This document shows positions 1 through 10,195 of a DNA stretch of 64,000 bases, in pieces. Below the pieces are notes generated by a model. It was not told the origin of the DNA. It saw only the letters and a program-made list of their open reading frames with translations, and did no database searches. The DNA lies in NCBI GenBank assembly GCA_963706445.1, contig OY970160.1, positions 288,001 to 352,000 of the forward strand, read 5' to 3'. The DNA is from an uncultured Nitrososphaerales archaeon. GTDB lineage: Archaea; Thermoproteota; Nitrososphaeria; Nitrososphaerales; Gagatemarchaeaceae. The translations under genes were made by a program, and so were the position numbers. The stretch's first letter is position 1. The number at the start of each line of letters is the position of its first letter.

Positions 1-698
1 CTCATCTTCGCGTTGTCCTTCCCCAGGGACGAGGACGCATCTTCGTTGTCCCTTACGGCCCGCAGGGTCCTCCCCAGGGGGGACCTCACGACCTTTTCGA
101 TGAAGATGAACACCGCAATCGCGAAGGCGACCATTACCATCATCGCGATCAGGTCCCTCACCCCGGGCCCCAGGGTCGACCAATAGTAGTACGGGTCCGG
201 GACGAAGATCGGCTGGGAACCTCCAATGAGGGGCGTGTAGGTCCTCAACACGACGTCGAAGAACTGGGCCGTCCCGAGTAGGAGCAGCCCGAGATAGTCC
301 TCTCTAAGGCGGAGCGCTGGATACGACGCAAGGAACCCGAGGAACCCCCCGACCAGGGCAGCGACGACCAGCGCAATCACGACGAGTTCGACCGCCAGCG
401 TCGGGTCGGTCACGAGGTCGTTGTTGACTTGTGTGATTATCCTCGCGTTGAACGTGATGAAATCCAGGTTCGTTCCTACCCCCAGGATGTTGGCGGCCAG
501 TCTTCCCGCGACTGCACCGCCGAAAGCGGCGCCTCCCGCGATGAACATCACCTTCCCGAAGTTTGGAATCCCTGTGTAACCGAATTCCAAGTTGAGGGAG
601 AGGCTTATGGCGAGATATAGCGCGTAGAACTCGATGAAATCGATGCTGAAGGACACCCAGTCTATCCCGAGGAAGACAAGTTCTGGAAGCCCTGACAT
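1..698 (-). CDS. livM: Branched-chain amino acid ABC transporter permease LivM (runs off window start)
   Basis: Not in the ORF track. Manual translation from ATG 698 gives MSGLPELVFLGIDW...LSLNLEFGYTGIPNFG...PALRLREDYLGLLLLG, typical LivM motifs; lies directly downstream of livH. Confidence 0.9.
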   Translation of the reverse strand, partial: MSGLPELVFLGIDWVSFSIDFIEFYALYLAISLSLNLEFGYTGIPNFGKVMFIAGGAAFGGAVAGRLAANILGVGTNLDFITFNARIITQVNNDLVTDPTLAVELVVIALVVAALVGGFLGFLASYPALRLREDYLGLLLLGTAQFFDVVLRTYTPLIGGSQPIFVPDPYYYWSTLGPGVRDLIAMMVMVAFAIAVFIFIEKVVRSPLGRTLRAVRDNEDASSSLGKDNAKM

Positions 699-700
699 GC

Positions 701-1810
701 CTACTTCTTCTCCCTCCTCAGAAGGCGCCTGAAATTGATTGAGAATATCCCCTGGGGGATGATCATGAGGGTCGCCACCATTATGAGCAGGGGAATGGCC
801 TGCTGGAAGGGAGTGACGTTCGGACCGAACCCATTCACCAGCTCGTAGGACATGAAATCTACAGGGAATCCCGCGACCATGTCTGCAATGATCCAGACCC
901 CGAAGCCCGCAAGGACGATTCCGACCACCCTGGCTCTCATCCTCGCGCTACTTCTGATCAACAGCATCCCACCCAGAAGGAAGACGGCCGCTATTATCAC
1001 GGCCCCGGGGGTCCCGAATCCCAAGCCCAGGCCGAGGGTCACGAGGATCTCGCTCCCCCCGATTATCAGGCCTCCGACTGCCGCCCCGAATATGCTGGTC
1101 AGGCCCCCTAGGACGCTCGACGAAAAGATCTCGACGATGAAGTTTGACCCAGTGGCGGTCCCGGCGGGGAGCTGAAGGGTGAGGAGCGCCCCCGCGTAGC
1201 CGGCGAACCCCCCCGCAAGCATCCAGGAGACGGTGGTGACCATGTCGACGTTTATGCCTAGGACCCTCGCCAATGGAGGGTTTTCGACTGCGGCCCGCAT
1301 CGCCACCCCGAACTTCGTCCTGGTGAAGAGAAGGTAGATCGCAAGCACTATGACGACCACAGAGATGGGGGCAGCGAAGGTGACCCCCGAGTAACCCCAC
1401 AGGCTGAAATCAGGCAGAGCGTAGAACTGGGGGGCGTCGATGTGGCCCAGGTTGTACTGAAGGTAGTCCGTGTAGACCCCGAACACCCCTATGAATCCAA
1501 TGTCAACCCCGAAGGTAGCTATCATCAAGGAAACAAGGGAGGAGCCCCTCCTAGCCAGCGGACGAAGAATTGCAATGTACATCAGCGCCGAGACGAGGGC
1601 TCCGACGACAAACCCCAGGGCGCTCCCCACGTAGGGGGTGGAGTTGTACACCTTCACCATCGTGTAAGACGAATAGATCCCAAGGGTAACGAAGGAACCA
1701 TATGCGAAGTTCGGAACCTTTGTGGTCATGTACGTCAGGGTCAGGCCCATGGCCATCATAGCGAAGAGCGAGGCGTAGACCAGAGCCGAAATTAGATACT
1801 CAGGTACCAA
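701..1810 (-). CDS. livH: Branched-chain amino acid ABC transporter permease LivH
   Basis: GLTLTYMTTKVPNFAYG, RTKFGVAMRAAVENPPLARVLGIN, VLGGLTSIFGAAVGG motifs; hydrophobic. Confidence 0.92.
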   Translation of the reverse strand: MVPEYLISALVYASLFAMMAMGLTLTYMTTKVPNFAYGSFVTLGIYSSYTMVKVYNSTPYVGSALGFVVGALVSALMYIAILRPLARRGSSLVSLMIATFGVDIGFIGVFGVYTDYLQYNLGHIDAPQFYALPDFSLWGYSGVTFAAPISVVVIVLAIYLLFTRTKFGVAMRAAVENPPLARVLGINVDMVTTVSWMLAGGFAGYAGALLTLQLPAGTATGSNFIVEIFSSSVLGGLTSIFGAAVGGLIIGGSEILVTLGLGLGFGTPGAVIIAAVFLLGGMLLIRSSARMRARVVGIVLAGFGVWIIADMVAGFPVDFMSYELVNGFGPNVTPFQQAIPLLIMVATLMIIPQGIFSINFRRLLRREKK

Positions 1811-1876
1811 CTATGAAAGGCCCTCTCAGGGCTTGGGAAGCGTTAAAATACTTTCGCATATCACGCACAGGTTCCG

Positions 1877-3274
1877 TTGAAAAAGAGAGGTGCATCTACT
1901 GCATCACTTATCGGAATACTGATCGTGGGACTTCTAATCGGCGCGGCAATCACCTATGTCGCAGCACCATCGCTCGGCCTGGGGGGTACTAGTACCGTCT
2001 CAGCCGGCACATCATTCGTCACCACCACTGTAACCACATCCAACGCGCAGGCGTCCGGACTCTGCAATGGAGGATCTGTCACCATCGGCGCTCTCAACGA
2101 CCTGAGCGGAGGCCTATCCTCCCAGGGCAAGGGAGACTTGGCCGCTGAGCAGCTCGCCATACAGGATGTCAATGCCTACACTAAGGCATCAGGCTGCAAT
2201 CTGACCTTCTCCCTGAACAACCAGGACTACAAGCTGGACACCCCGACAGCTCTGTCTGAGCTGACGGCAATGTACGCCCAGGGCATCCAGGTCGTGGTCG
2301 GGCCGCTCAACAGCGGCGCGGCCGCGGGTATCCTGAACTACGCAGACTCCAACCACATCGTCCTCATCAGCCCGTCCTCGACTTCCCTCGCACTGGCGAT
2401 TCCCAACGACTACCTGTTCAGGACTGCGCCCAACGACGGCGCCCAGGGACAGGCAGACGCCAAGGAACTGCTGGCATCTGGAGCGAAGGCCGTGATTGTC
2501 GTCAACAGGGACGACACCTACGGTGACGGACTGGCCAACTCGACCATAACATGGTTGAAGATTGACGACCCCAGCATAGTCATCGGCGGGCCTACAAAGT
2601 ACGACACTACCACCAGCGACTTCACTTCTGTCATTTCGACAATGAACAGCGAATATACAACGTTGTCCAACCAGGTCGGCGCTGCAAATGTGGCGATATA
2701 CGTCGTCGCGTTCCAGGAGTATGGTAGCATACTAACGCAGACCAACACCCAGCAACCGGGTCTACTGGCGACAAAGCTCCCGTGGTTCGGAATGGACGGG
2801 ATCGCCCAGAACTCGGACCTATCCAACTCCTCCTCCAGCGTAGCCAGCATCGCAGCGAAGGTCGGGGTATACTCGACACTCTTCGGCGATCTCAGCAACA
2901 ACTCGAAGGCCGTCGCTTTCTACACCAGAATCGCAGGCACTCCAGCGGGAGCGCAGATCCTTGGTGGCGGAGCGTTCTATACCTTTGAGGGGTACGACGA
3001 CGTCTGGCTGGCAGCCCTATCCATCATATCCGCGGGCCAGAACTCTGGCTCAGCAATCCAGGCAATATTCACAACAGTCGCAGGTAACTTCTACGGCCTA
3101 ACAGGTGCTGAAGTGCTGGGCCCATCGGGCGATAGGTCACTGTTCGATGGCTCTGGATACCAGATCTGGAAGGTAGTCTCAGCAGGAGCTAGCTCCTGGC
3201 ACTGGATCCTCGCCGGACAATGGGACTACGCCAGCAACGCAGTCACCTATTCTGCAGGCAACGCCCCCGCATAG
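1877..3274 (+). CDS. livK: Branched-chain amino acid ABC transporter substrate-binding protein (LivK/LivJ family), N-terminal anchor plus Ser/Thr linker
   Basis: IGALNDLSG, VVGPLNSG, ISPSST, YLFRTAPND motifs; liv gene context. Confidence 0.9.
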   Translation: MKKRGASTASLIGILIVGLLIGAAITYVAAPSLGLGGTSTVSAGTSFVTTTVTTSNAQASGLCNGGSVTIGALNDLSGGLSSQGKGDLAAEQLAIQDVNAYTKASGCNLTFSLNNQDYKLDTPTALSELTAMYAQGIQVVVGPLNSGAAAGILNYADSNHIVLISPSSTSLALAIPNDYLFRTAPNDGAQGQADAKELLASGAKAVIVVNRDDTYGDGLANSTITWLKIDDPSIVIGGPTKYDTTTSDFTSVISTMNSEYTTLSNQVGAANVAIYVVAFQEYGSILTQTNTQQPGLLATKLPWFGMDGIAQNSDLSNSSSSVASIAAKVGVYSTLFGDLSNNSKAVAFYTRIAGTPAGAQILGGGAFYTFEGYDDVWLAALSIISAGQNSGSAIQAIFTTVAGNFYGLTGAEVLGPSGDRSLFDGSGYQIWKVVSAGASSWHWILAGQWDYASNAVTYSAGNAPA

Positions 3275-3278
3275 AATA

Positions 3279-3301
3279 AGGAGTCCCCACTCCTCTTTTT
3301 T
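3279..3301 (+). terminator. Stem-loop plus T-tract after livK (terminator or attenuator)
   Basis: AGGAGT-CCCC-ACTCCT followed by CTTTTTT. Confidence 0.55.
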
Positions 3302-3312
3302 CGTGGTCACAT

Positions 3313-4071
3313 TTGGCTGAGCTACTCCGGATAAACGAAGTCAGGAAGGCGTTCGGGAACCTCCGTGCGCTCGACGGGGTCACACTCGGTGTCGAGGAGA
3401 AGGAAATCCACATCCTCATAGGCCCCAACGGGTCAGGAAAAACCACCCTGATTAACGTGGTCAGCGGCTTCTACAAAGCAGATTCGGGGACCGTCACGCT
3501 TTCAGGCAGGGACATCACCGGAGTTCCCCCTTACAAGCTGTACGGCATGGGGATCTCCAGGACGTTCCAGATCCCTACCCTATTCACAAAGCTCACGATC
3601 ATGGAGAACGTCCTAGTCGCTGCGAAAGGAAACCCCGGCGAGTCCTTCGCAAAATCCATCTTCAAAAGGTCCTGGATGAAGAAGGAGACAGAAGCGACAG
3701 AAAGGGCATTCGGCATCCTGCAACTCCTCGGGCTTGACAAGCTTTGGGATAGGAAGGCCAGCACCCTAAGCGGGGGGCAGATGAAACTTCTCGAGATGGC
3801 TCGCGCTCTGATGAGCGGGGCAAACCTCATCCTCCTGGACGAGCCGATATCAGGGGTCAACCCGACGCTGGCCCACGAGATATTCGGACGGATCCTGAAG
3901 CTGCGAGACGAACTTGGGGTGACCTTCCTCATAGTCGAGCACAGGCTCGAAATAGCGCTAGGCTACGTCGATTCCGTCACTGCCATGGCCCTGGGGAAGG
4001 TCGTCGCCGCAGGCAAGCCGGAGCTCGTCATGACGGACCCCAAGGTAATAGAGGCCTACCTAGGTGCATAG
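3313..4071 (+). CDS. livG: Branched-chain amino acid ABC transporter ATPase LivG
   Basis: GPNGSGKT Walker A, RTFQ, LSGGQ, LLDEP, C-terminal VIEAYLG. Confidence 0.93.
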   Translation: MAELLRINEVRKAFGNLRALDGVTLGVEEKEIHILIGPNGSGKTTLINVVSGFYKADSGTVTLSGRDITGVPPYKLYGMGISRTFQIPTLFTKLTIMENVLVAAKGNPGESFAKSIFKRSWMKKETEATERAFGILQLLGLDKLWDRKASTLSGGQMKLLEMARALMSGANLILLDEPISGVNPTLAHEIFGRILKLRDELGVTFLIVEHRLEIALGYVDSVTAMALGKVVAAGKPELVMTDPKVIEAYLGA

Positions 4072-4074
4072 GTT

Positions 4075-4794
4075 ATGCTGAAGGTCGACAACATCTCGGC
4101 GGGGTACGGGAAACTGCAGATCCTCACCGACGTCTCACTTGAGGCGGCGCCCGGAGAGCTGACCATCGTCGTCGGCCCAAACGGGTCCGGGAAGAGCACC
4201 CTGCTCAAGAGCGTAGCCGGCCTCACGAACATCTACAAAGGGAGCATCACCATGGACGGCAAGATGCTGAACGGCCACCCCCCTCATGTCATAGCCCGGT
4301 CAGGGCTCGCCTACCTCCCGCAGACGGAGAGCGTCTTCACCAAGCTCAGCGTCACGGAGAACTTCAAGATGGCAGCGTACATGGTACCCAAGTCTGAGTT
4401 CGAAGGCCGACTCAAGGACTCGCTGGAGATATTCCCGCAGCTGAACGCCTACCTGGATTCCAAGGTGGTAAACCTGAGCGGTGGGGAGAGACAGATGGTC
4501 GCCATGACCATGGCTCTCCTCAGGAAGCCCCAGGTCATAATGTTCGACGAGCCGACGGCGAACCTCTCGCCGAAGTACGCCACCGAAGTCCTCAAGACCA
4601 TCCAGACCCTCGGCAAAGAAAGGGGCCTCACCATCGTCCTCGTCGAGCAGAACGCCAAGAGGGCGCTGGAGGTAGGGGACAGAGCCTACCTGCTGGTCGG
4701 GGGGAAGAACGCATTCGTAGGCACCGCGAAGGAGCTCCTTTCGCATCAGGAGTTGGCCCGGATGTACCTCGGCATGAAAGTCGCGAGCGCCTAA
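4075..4794 (+). CDS. livF: Branched-chain amino acid ABC transporter ATPase LivF
   Basis: GPNGSGKS, LSGGERQM, FDEP, LVEQNA. Confidence 0.93.
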   Translation: MLKVDNISAGYGKLQILTDVSLEAAPGELTIVVGPNGSGKSTLLKSVAGLTNIYKGSITMDGKMLNGHPPHVIARSGLAYLPQTESVFTKLSVTENFKMAAYMVPKSEFEGRLKDSLEIFPQLNAYLDSKVVNLSGGERQMVAMTMALLRKPQVIMFDEPTANLSPKYATEVLKTIQTLGKERGLTIVLVEQNAKRALEVGDRAYLLVGGKNAFVGTAKELLSHQELARMYLGMKVASA

Positions 4795-4884
4795 CATCAT
4801 TTTTCCCGCCAACGGATAAATAAGAAGAACAGTCGCCGTATGCAGAAGTTGTTGAGACAACGCGCCAAGGGGTGCCCAGCCTAG

Positions 4885-5853
4885 GTGCCAGTGGAAGACC
4901 TCATGTGGGTCGAGAAGTACCGGCCCGCAGAACTCTCCGACCTTGTCGACCAGGTGACCATCAGACACAGGCTCGAGCTCCTGATCCAGAAGAAAGCCCA
5001 GCTCCCTCACCTGCTCTTCGCGGGCCCCCCGGGCTGCGGGAAGACGACCACCGCGATGGTCATTGCGAGGCAGCTCCTCGGCGACCGATGGCGGGACTAC
5101 ACCCTTTCACTGAACGCCAGCGACGAACGCGGCATTGAGACCGTCCGCCAGAGGATCAAGACATTCGCCCGATTCACCGACAGGGTCGAAGGGGTCCCAT
5201 TCCGGCTCGTGGTCCTGGACGAGGCCGACGAGACCACGGGCGACGCCCAGACCGCGCTCCGCAGGGTCATGGAGGAGAACTCCGAGCACACCCGGTTCAT
5301 CCTGATCTGCAACTACTCGTCAGGGATCATAGAGCCCCTGCAGAGCAGGTGCGCCATATTCAGGTTCCAACGGCTGGATGAGGCCTCGGTGACCGAACGC
5401 CTGAAGTCCATAGCCAAGAAAGAGAAGGTGAAGCCGACCTCGGACTCCGTCTTCGGTGCGATCTACGAGGCGTCCAACGGCGACCTCAGGCAGGCTATCA
5501 ACCTGATGCAGGCAGCTTCGGCCTCTGGGGAGTTGACCACCGACGCCGTGAAGTCAGTCTCTGGGGCGAGCGCGAAGTCCCGGGTCTCGGAAATAATCCA
5601 GACGGCCCTGGACGGGAACTTCGATGGCGCCCGGACGAAGATGATAGAGCTCACCAGGGTCTACGGCGTCCCCGAGAGGGACTTCCTGAGGTTCGCCAAC
5701 GAGGCCCTCTCCTCCCTGAAGGTCCCGGACATGGCCAGGGTCATATCCATACTGGCCGAGTACGATTTCCGCCTCGTCCAAGGGTCCCAGCCCGAGCTCC
5801 AACTGACCGCCATGCTCGCCCAGCTCTCGTCCCTGAAGGAAAAGGCAGACTAG
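4885..5853 (+). CDS. rfcS: Replication factor C small subunit
   Basis: WVEKYRP, GPPGCGKT, LNASDERG, LDEAD, LQSRC; no intein. Confidence 0.96.
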   Translation: MPVEDLMWVEKYRPAELSDLVDQVTIRHRLELLIQKKAQLPHLLFAGPPGCGKTTTAMVIARQLLGDRWRDYTLSLNASDERGIETVRQRIKTFARFTDRVEGVPFRLVVLDEADETTGDAQTALRRVMEENSEHTRFILICNYSSGIIEPLQSRCAIFRFQRLDEASVTERLKSIAKKEKVKPTSDSVFGAIYEASNGDLRQAINLMQAASASGELTTDAVKSVSGASAKSRVSEIIQTALDGNFDGARTKMIELTRVYGVPERDFLRFANEALSSLKVPDMARVISILAEYDFRLVQGSQPELQLTAMLAQLSSLKEKAD

Positions 5854-5854
5854 C

Positions 5855-7123
5855 TTGGACCTGTCCCTCCCCCGCGGCATCTCCGACATAGAGCCCGAGA
5901 GGTTCGAGCTCCAGAACAGGGTGCGGTCCTCCTTTGAAAATGTGTGCCGTATCTACAACTTCCAGCTCATGGAACCCGCTTCTCTCGAGCACCTCAACAC
6001 ACTCAGAGTGAAGAGCGGACCGGACGTCGACAGGGAGATCTATGCTTTCAAGGACAAAGGGGGCCGTGACATCGGTCTCAGGTTCGATCTGACCGTTGGC
6101 ATTGCCCGGTACGTCTCCTCTCGCAAGGACCTCAGGCTCCCCGCCAAATTGGCCGCCTTCGGAGGAATATGGCGATACGACGAGCCCCAGTACGGGAGGT
6201 ACCGCTGGGCCCACCAGTGGGATTTCGAGGTATTCGGGCCGCCGTCAGTGGCCGCCGACGCAGAAGTCATCGACGCGAGCGCTGCCATACTCAAGGGGGT
6301 GGGCCTTACCGACGTCGCGGTCAAGGTCGGAGACAGGCGCGTCGTGGAAGAGTTCATCCGAAAGGAGCTGAAGATACCCGAACAGGACAGGCTCGTCGAG
6401 CTCATGCGGGCTCTCGACAAGGTCGAGAAGAAGACCAGAAACGACCTCAAGGCGGAGTATGAGGCCAAGGGGTTCACAGCTTTACAGCTGGACAAGCTCC
6501 TGGAGTTCGGGCGTTTGCACGGCACCCCTGCCGAGGTCCTCAAGAGGGTCTCAGAGCTGAAGCTGGACTCGGCGAACGAGCTTTCTGAACTCGCGGGCAT
6601 CCTCAAGTCAAGAGGAGTCCAGGTCGAGTACAACCTGAGCATAGTTCGCGGAATAGATTACTACACAGGCATCGTGTTCGAGGGGTTCGACAGCAAGAAC
6701 CCTAGGCTTGGTTCCCTCTTCGGTGGGGGCCGCTACGATGCGCTGCCTAGGCTCTTCGGAAGGCCTGACCTGTCCGCCACCGGAGCCGCCGGAGGCATCG
6801 AACGGACCGCGATGTCGCTGTCGAAGGTTGCCGTCGGACCCAGGAACCTTGTCTACATAGCGGTCGTGGGAAAGAGCGTCGGAGCCTACGCGCTTGCTTC
6901 CCAGAGGTCGGTAAGGGACGCCGGAGTCCCTTGCGAATCGGCGCTCGCTCCCAAAGTCCTCTCCAAACAGATGGAAGATGCCAGGCGCCTCGGCGCCTCA
7001 TGGGCGCTCATCATCGGAGAGAAAGAAGAGGAAGCGAGGGCAGTGACTCTCAGGGACATGGAAAGCGGGAAGGAGGAGATGCTCCCTCTGGAAGAGGCCA
7101 TAGACCGCGTCAGGCGCGCCTGA
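5855..7123 (+). CDS. hisS: Histidine--tRNA ligase
   Basis: LRFDLT, WRYDEPQYGRYR, RGIDYYTG, GGGRYD. Confidence 0.96.
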   Translation: MDLSLPRGISDIEPERFELQNRVRSSFENVCRIYNFQLMEPASLEHLNTLRVKSGPDVDREIYAFKDKGGRDIGLRFDLTVGIARYVSSRKDLRLPAKLAAFGGIWRYDEPQYGRYRWAHQWDFEVFGPPSVAADAEVIDASAAILKGVGLTDVAVKVGDRRVVEEFIRKELKIPEQDRLVELMRALDKVEKKTRNDLKAEYEAKGFTALQLDKLLEFGRLHGTPAEVLKRVSELKLDSANELSELAGILKSRGVQVEYNLSIVRGIDYYTGIVFEGFDSKNPRLGSLFGGGRYDALPRLFGRPDLSATGAAGGIERTAMSLSKVAVGPRNLVYIAVVGKSVGAYALASQRSVRDAGVPCESALAPKVLSKQMEDARRLGASWALIIGEKEEEARAVTLRDMESGKEEMLPLEEAIDRVRRA

Positions 7124-7171
7124 TACAGGCATAATCTTTATTCCAAGGCATAGGATTGCATTCGCATCGGC

Positions 7172-7402
7172 ATGGAGCGGGCAATAGTCCTCGTCAATCT
7201 GAGCCCCGGCTCTGAGGAGCAGAGCGTCTCGGCGTTGAAGGGGATGTCTGGGATCAAGTCGGTGTACCAGCTCTATGGCCTCTACGACCTCCTTGTCATG
7301 GTGGAAGGGGCCGACGACCAGGCCGTGAAGTCCATAATCGCGGACAACCTGAGGTCCAGGCCCGGGGTCGTCTCGACCATCACGATGAAGATTCTTTCCT
7401 AG
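7172..7402 (+). CDS. Stand-alone Lrp/AsnC ligand-binding (RAM) domain protein
   Basis: 76 aa; VYQLYGLYDLLVMVE and GVVSTIT pattern; no HTH domain. Confidence 0.8.
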   Translation: MERAIVLVNLSPGSEEQSVSALKGMSGIKSVYQLYGLYDLLVMVEGADDQAVKSIIADNLRSRPGVVSTITMKILS

Positions 7403-7445
7403 GCAGCGTCAACGTTTTATCATCAGCGGGGTCGGCCCGCGTTCA

Positions 7446-8426
7446 GTGCCTCCCAGAATCCTTGTCACAGGGGCCGGAGGACAGATCGGCTCCGAGCTGG
7501 TCACCGAGCTTATTCGAAGATACGGCAAGGACAGTGTGGTCGCGACGGACAAGGTGACAGCCCGAAAGAACGGGGGCGACGTCACTCTACAGCAGCTCGA
7601 CGTCCTCGACCTAGCGTCGGTGGAGCGGGCCATCAAGGCGCACGACGCCGACACTGTCTATCACCTGGCCGCGATCCTCTCCGCCGTAGGGGAGCAGAAC
7701 CCCGACAACGCATGGGACGTCAACATGCGGGGGCTCAAGAACGTCCTCGACGCGGCCCGAAATTCCGGGGTCAGGCGGATGTTCTGGCCCAGCTCCATCG
7801 GGGTCTTCGGCCCCGACGCTCCGAAGGTGATGGCCCCCCAGGAGACCTGGCTTAACCCCACGACGATGTACGGGTTGACCAAAGTCGCCGGAGAGCTTCT
7901 CTGCGAGTACTATTCACTCAGGCATGGCCTCGACGTGAGGAGCGTCAGGTTCCCGGGTCTCATCAGCAGCGAAGCTCCCCCCGGGGGAGGCACGACCGAC
8001 TACGCCGTGGAGATATTCTACTCAGCGATCCAGGGAGGGGGTTACACTTGCTTCCTCAGGGCTGACACCACGCTCCCCATGATGTACATGCCCGACGCGC
8101 TCCGGGGGGCCGTCGAGCTGATGGAGGTCGAGGCCAGCAGGGTGAAGCTCCATATCGGATACAACCTGGCTGCCATGAGCTTCTCCCCAGCCGAACTCGC
8201 AGAAGAAATCGCGAAGCAGGTCAAGGGGTTCAGGGTCGTCTATTCGCCAGACTCCAGGCAGCGGATCGCAGACTCCTGGCCGAAATCCATCGACGATTCG
8301 GCGGCGAGGAGCGACTGGGGGTGGAAGCCTCAATACGACATGCATGCGATGGTCGAAGACATGCTCCGAGGGCTGCGAGCCAATCTTGCGAAGGGCAGGA
8401 ATGCGGGCCCGGGGCGCCATCCCTAA
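7446..8426 (+). CDS. tdh: L-threonine 3-dehydrogenase (extended SDR type)
   Basis: TGAGGQIG, HLAAILSAVGE, YGLTK, PGGGTTDY, PMMYMPD, RQRIADSWP; adjacent to kbl. Confidence 0.88.
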   Translation: MPPRILVTGAGGQIGSELVTELIRRYGKDSVVATDKVTARKNGGDVTLQQLDVLDLASVERAIKAHDADTVYHLAAILSAVGEQNPDNAWDVNMRGLKNVLDAARNSGVRRMFWPSSIGVFGPDAPKVMAPQETWLNPTTMYGLTKVAGELLCEYYSLRHGLDVRSVRFPGLISSEAPPGGGTTDYAVEIFYSAIQGGGYTCFLRADTTLPMMYMPDALRGAVELMEVEASRVKLHIGYNLAAMSFSPAELAEEIAKQVKGFRVVYSPDSRQRIADSWPKSIDDSAARSDWGWKPQYDMHAMVEDMLRGLRANLAKGRNAGPGRHP

Positions 8427-8470
8427 CCAAGGAAAAGCGTTTAACCGGAAGGTTTCAGAAACAGACTCCC

Positions 8471-9682
8471 TTGAGGGACCCTACGTTGTTCCTTCGGCAG
8501 GAGTACGACGACCTCGTCCAACAGGAGCTCGATTGGAAGCTCAGGGTGCTCGGCGGTCCGAGCACGCCTTGGTGCATCGTCGACGGAAGAAAGGTGCTCA
8601 TGTTCTGCTCTAACAACTATCTCGGGCTCAGCAACCACCCCAGGCTGAAGGCTGCTGCCATCGAGGCGGTCGAGACCCACGGAGCCGGGTCTGGTTCCGT
8701 CAGGCCCATCGCAGGGACCATGGACATACACATGGAACTTGAGAAGAGGCTGGCGAAGTTCAAGGAAGCTGAGGCGTCACTCGTCTACCAGACAGGCTTT
8801 GCAGCGAACGCGGGGCTGATCCCGCAGCTCGCCGGAAAGGGGGACCTCATCATCAGCGACGAGCTGAACCACGGAAGCATCATCGACGGGGTCAGGCTTT
8901 CGCAGGCCGAGCGCAAGGTGTACAAGCACGCCGACGCTGACGACCTCGGCAGGGTACTCGAGGAATCTGAGAAGGCTTCTCCCAACTTCCGCAGAATCTT
9001 GATAATCACTGACGGGGTGTTCTCCATGGACGGGGACATCGCCCCACTGGACAAGGTCGCAGCCCAGGGGGCGGAGCACGGGGCCATGGTCTACGTCGAC
9101 GATGCCCACGGAGAAGGGGTCCTCGGAGAGGGGGGCAGGGGCATTGTGTCCCACTTCAGACTCTCCAGGGAGAAGGTACATGTTGAGATGGGGACGTTCT
9201 CAAAGGCGTTCGGGGTGGTGGGGGGGCACATCTCCGGGTCCAGAGACCTGGTCAACTTCGCCTACAACAAGTCCAGGACCTGGCTTCTCAGCGGTTCACA
9301 CCCTCCGGCGGTCGCGGCCGCATGCCTTGCCGCCGTTGACGTCCTGGAAAGCGAGCCGCAGCACGTGCAGAGGCTCTGGGAGAACACCCGCTACTTCAAG
9401 AAGGCAATGAAGGACCTGGGGTTCGACCTGGGGAGGAGCGAGACCCCGATCACCCCTGTGATGGTGGGGGACAGCGGGAGGGCGAAGAAGCTCAGCTCCC
9501 GGCTCTTCGAAATCGGCGTTTTCGCACTCCCAATAGTATACCCGATGGTGGCCCAGGGGAAGGCGAGGATACGGACGATCATGAACGCCGCGCTCACGAA
9601 GGAAGACCTGGACTTCGCAATAGGTGCCTTCGAGACAGCGGGCAGAGAGATCGGCATGATCCCCATGCGGTCCTCTGTTTAG
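8471..9682 (+). CDS. kbl: Glycine C-acetyltransferase (2-amino-3-ketobutyrate CoA ligase), BioF/Kbl family
   Basis: SNNYLGL, SDELNHGSIIDG, DGVFSMDG, DDAHG, GTFSKAFG; start placed at TTG 8471. Confidence 0.85.
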   Translation: MRDPTLFLRQEYDDLVQQELDWKLRVLGGPSTPWCIVDGRKVLMFCSNNYLGLSNHPRLKAAAIEAVETHGAGSGSVRPIAGTMDIHMELEKRLAKFKEAEASLVYQTGFAANAGLIPQLAGKGDLIISDELNHGSIIDGVRLSQAERKVYKHADADDLGRVLEESEKASPNFRRILIITDGVFSMDGDIAPLDKVAAQGAEHGAMVYVDDAHGEGVLGEGGRGIVSHFRLSREKVHVEMGTFSKAFGVVGGHISGSRDLVNFAYNKSRTWLLSGSHPPAVAAACLAAVDVLESEPQHVQRLWENTRYFKKAMKDLGFDLGRSETPITPVMVGDSGRAKKLSSRLFEIGVFALPIVYPMVAQGKARIRTIMNAALTKEDLDFAIGAFETAGREIGMIPMRSSV

Positions 9683-9687
9683 GTTAA

Positions 9688-10140
9688 GTGAGCACAGGCG
9701 GAGCGGGACCCGGTTACTTGACCTTCAGGTTCCTCCCCGACGTTGCCCTGGCCGACATCGCCTTCGAAGCTGAATCGGGGTCTGTGGACGGCCTCTTCGA
9801 AGAGTGCGCCCTTGCCATCACTGACATCATGGTGGACCCGAAGTCCCTCAGAATCACAACCAGCCGTGAGTTCAAGGTCATCTCCCCTGACCTTGACAGG
9901 CTCCTCTACGATTTCCTTACAGAGCTGATAATCGCCAAGGACGTGGACTCGCTGCTCTTTGGGAAATACGCGGTCAAAGTCTCACCTGACGGAAAATCCT
10001 TGGCATCAACGGCAAGCGGCGAGCCCATCGACAGAGGACGGCACCGCCTGCGCAACGACGTCAAAGCCGTCACGATGCACCTCTTCGGGATCAAGAAGGA
10101 GGGGAAGAAGTGGAAGACGACGGTCGTCCTGGACATCTAG
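9688..10140 (+). CDS. Archease
   Basis: ADIAFEA, DVKAVTMH, C-terminal VVLDI; upstream of rtcB. Confidence 0.93.
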   Translation: MSTGGAGPGYLTFRFLPDVALADIAFEAESGSVDGLFEECALAITDIMVDPKSLRITTSREFKVISPDLDRLLYDFLTELIIAKDVDSLLFGKYAVKVSPDGKSLASTASGEPIDRGRHRLRNDVKAVTMHLFGIKKEGKKWKTTVVLDI

Positions 10141-10195
10141 CTCCGAACGCTTAAAGTAGCAAATCCGAGGCAGCCGAGATTCGAGGTTCAGTCTC

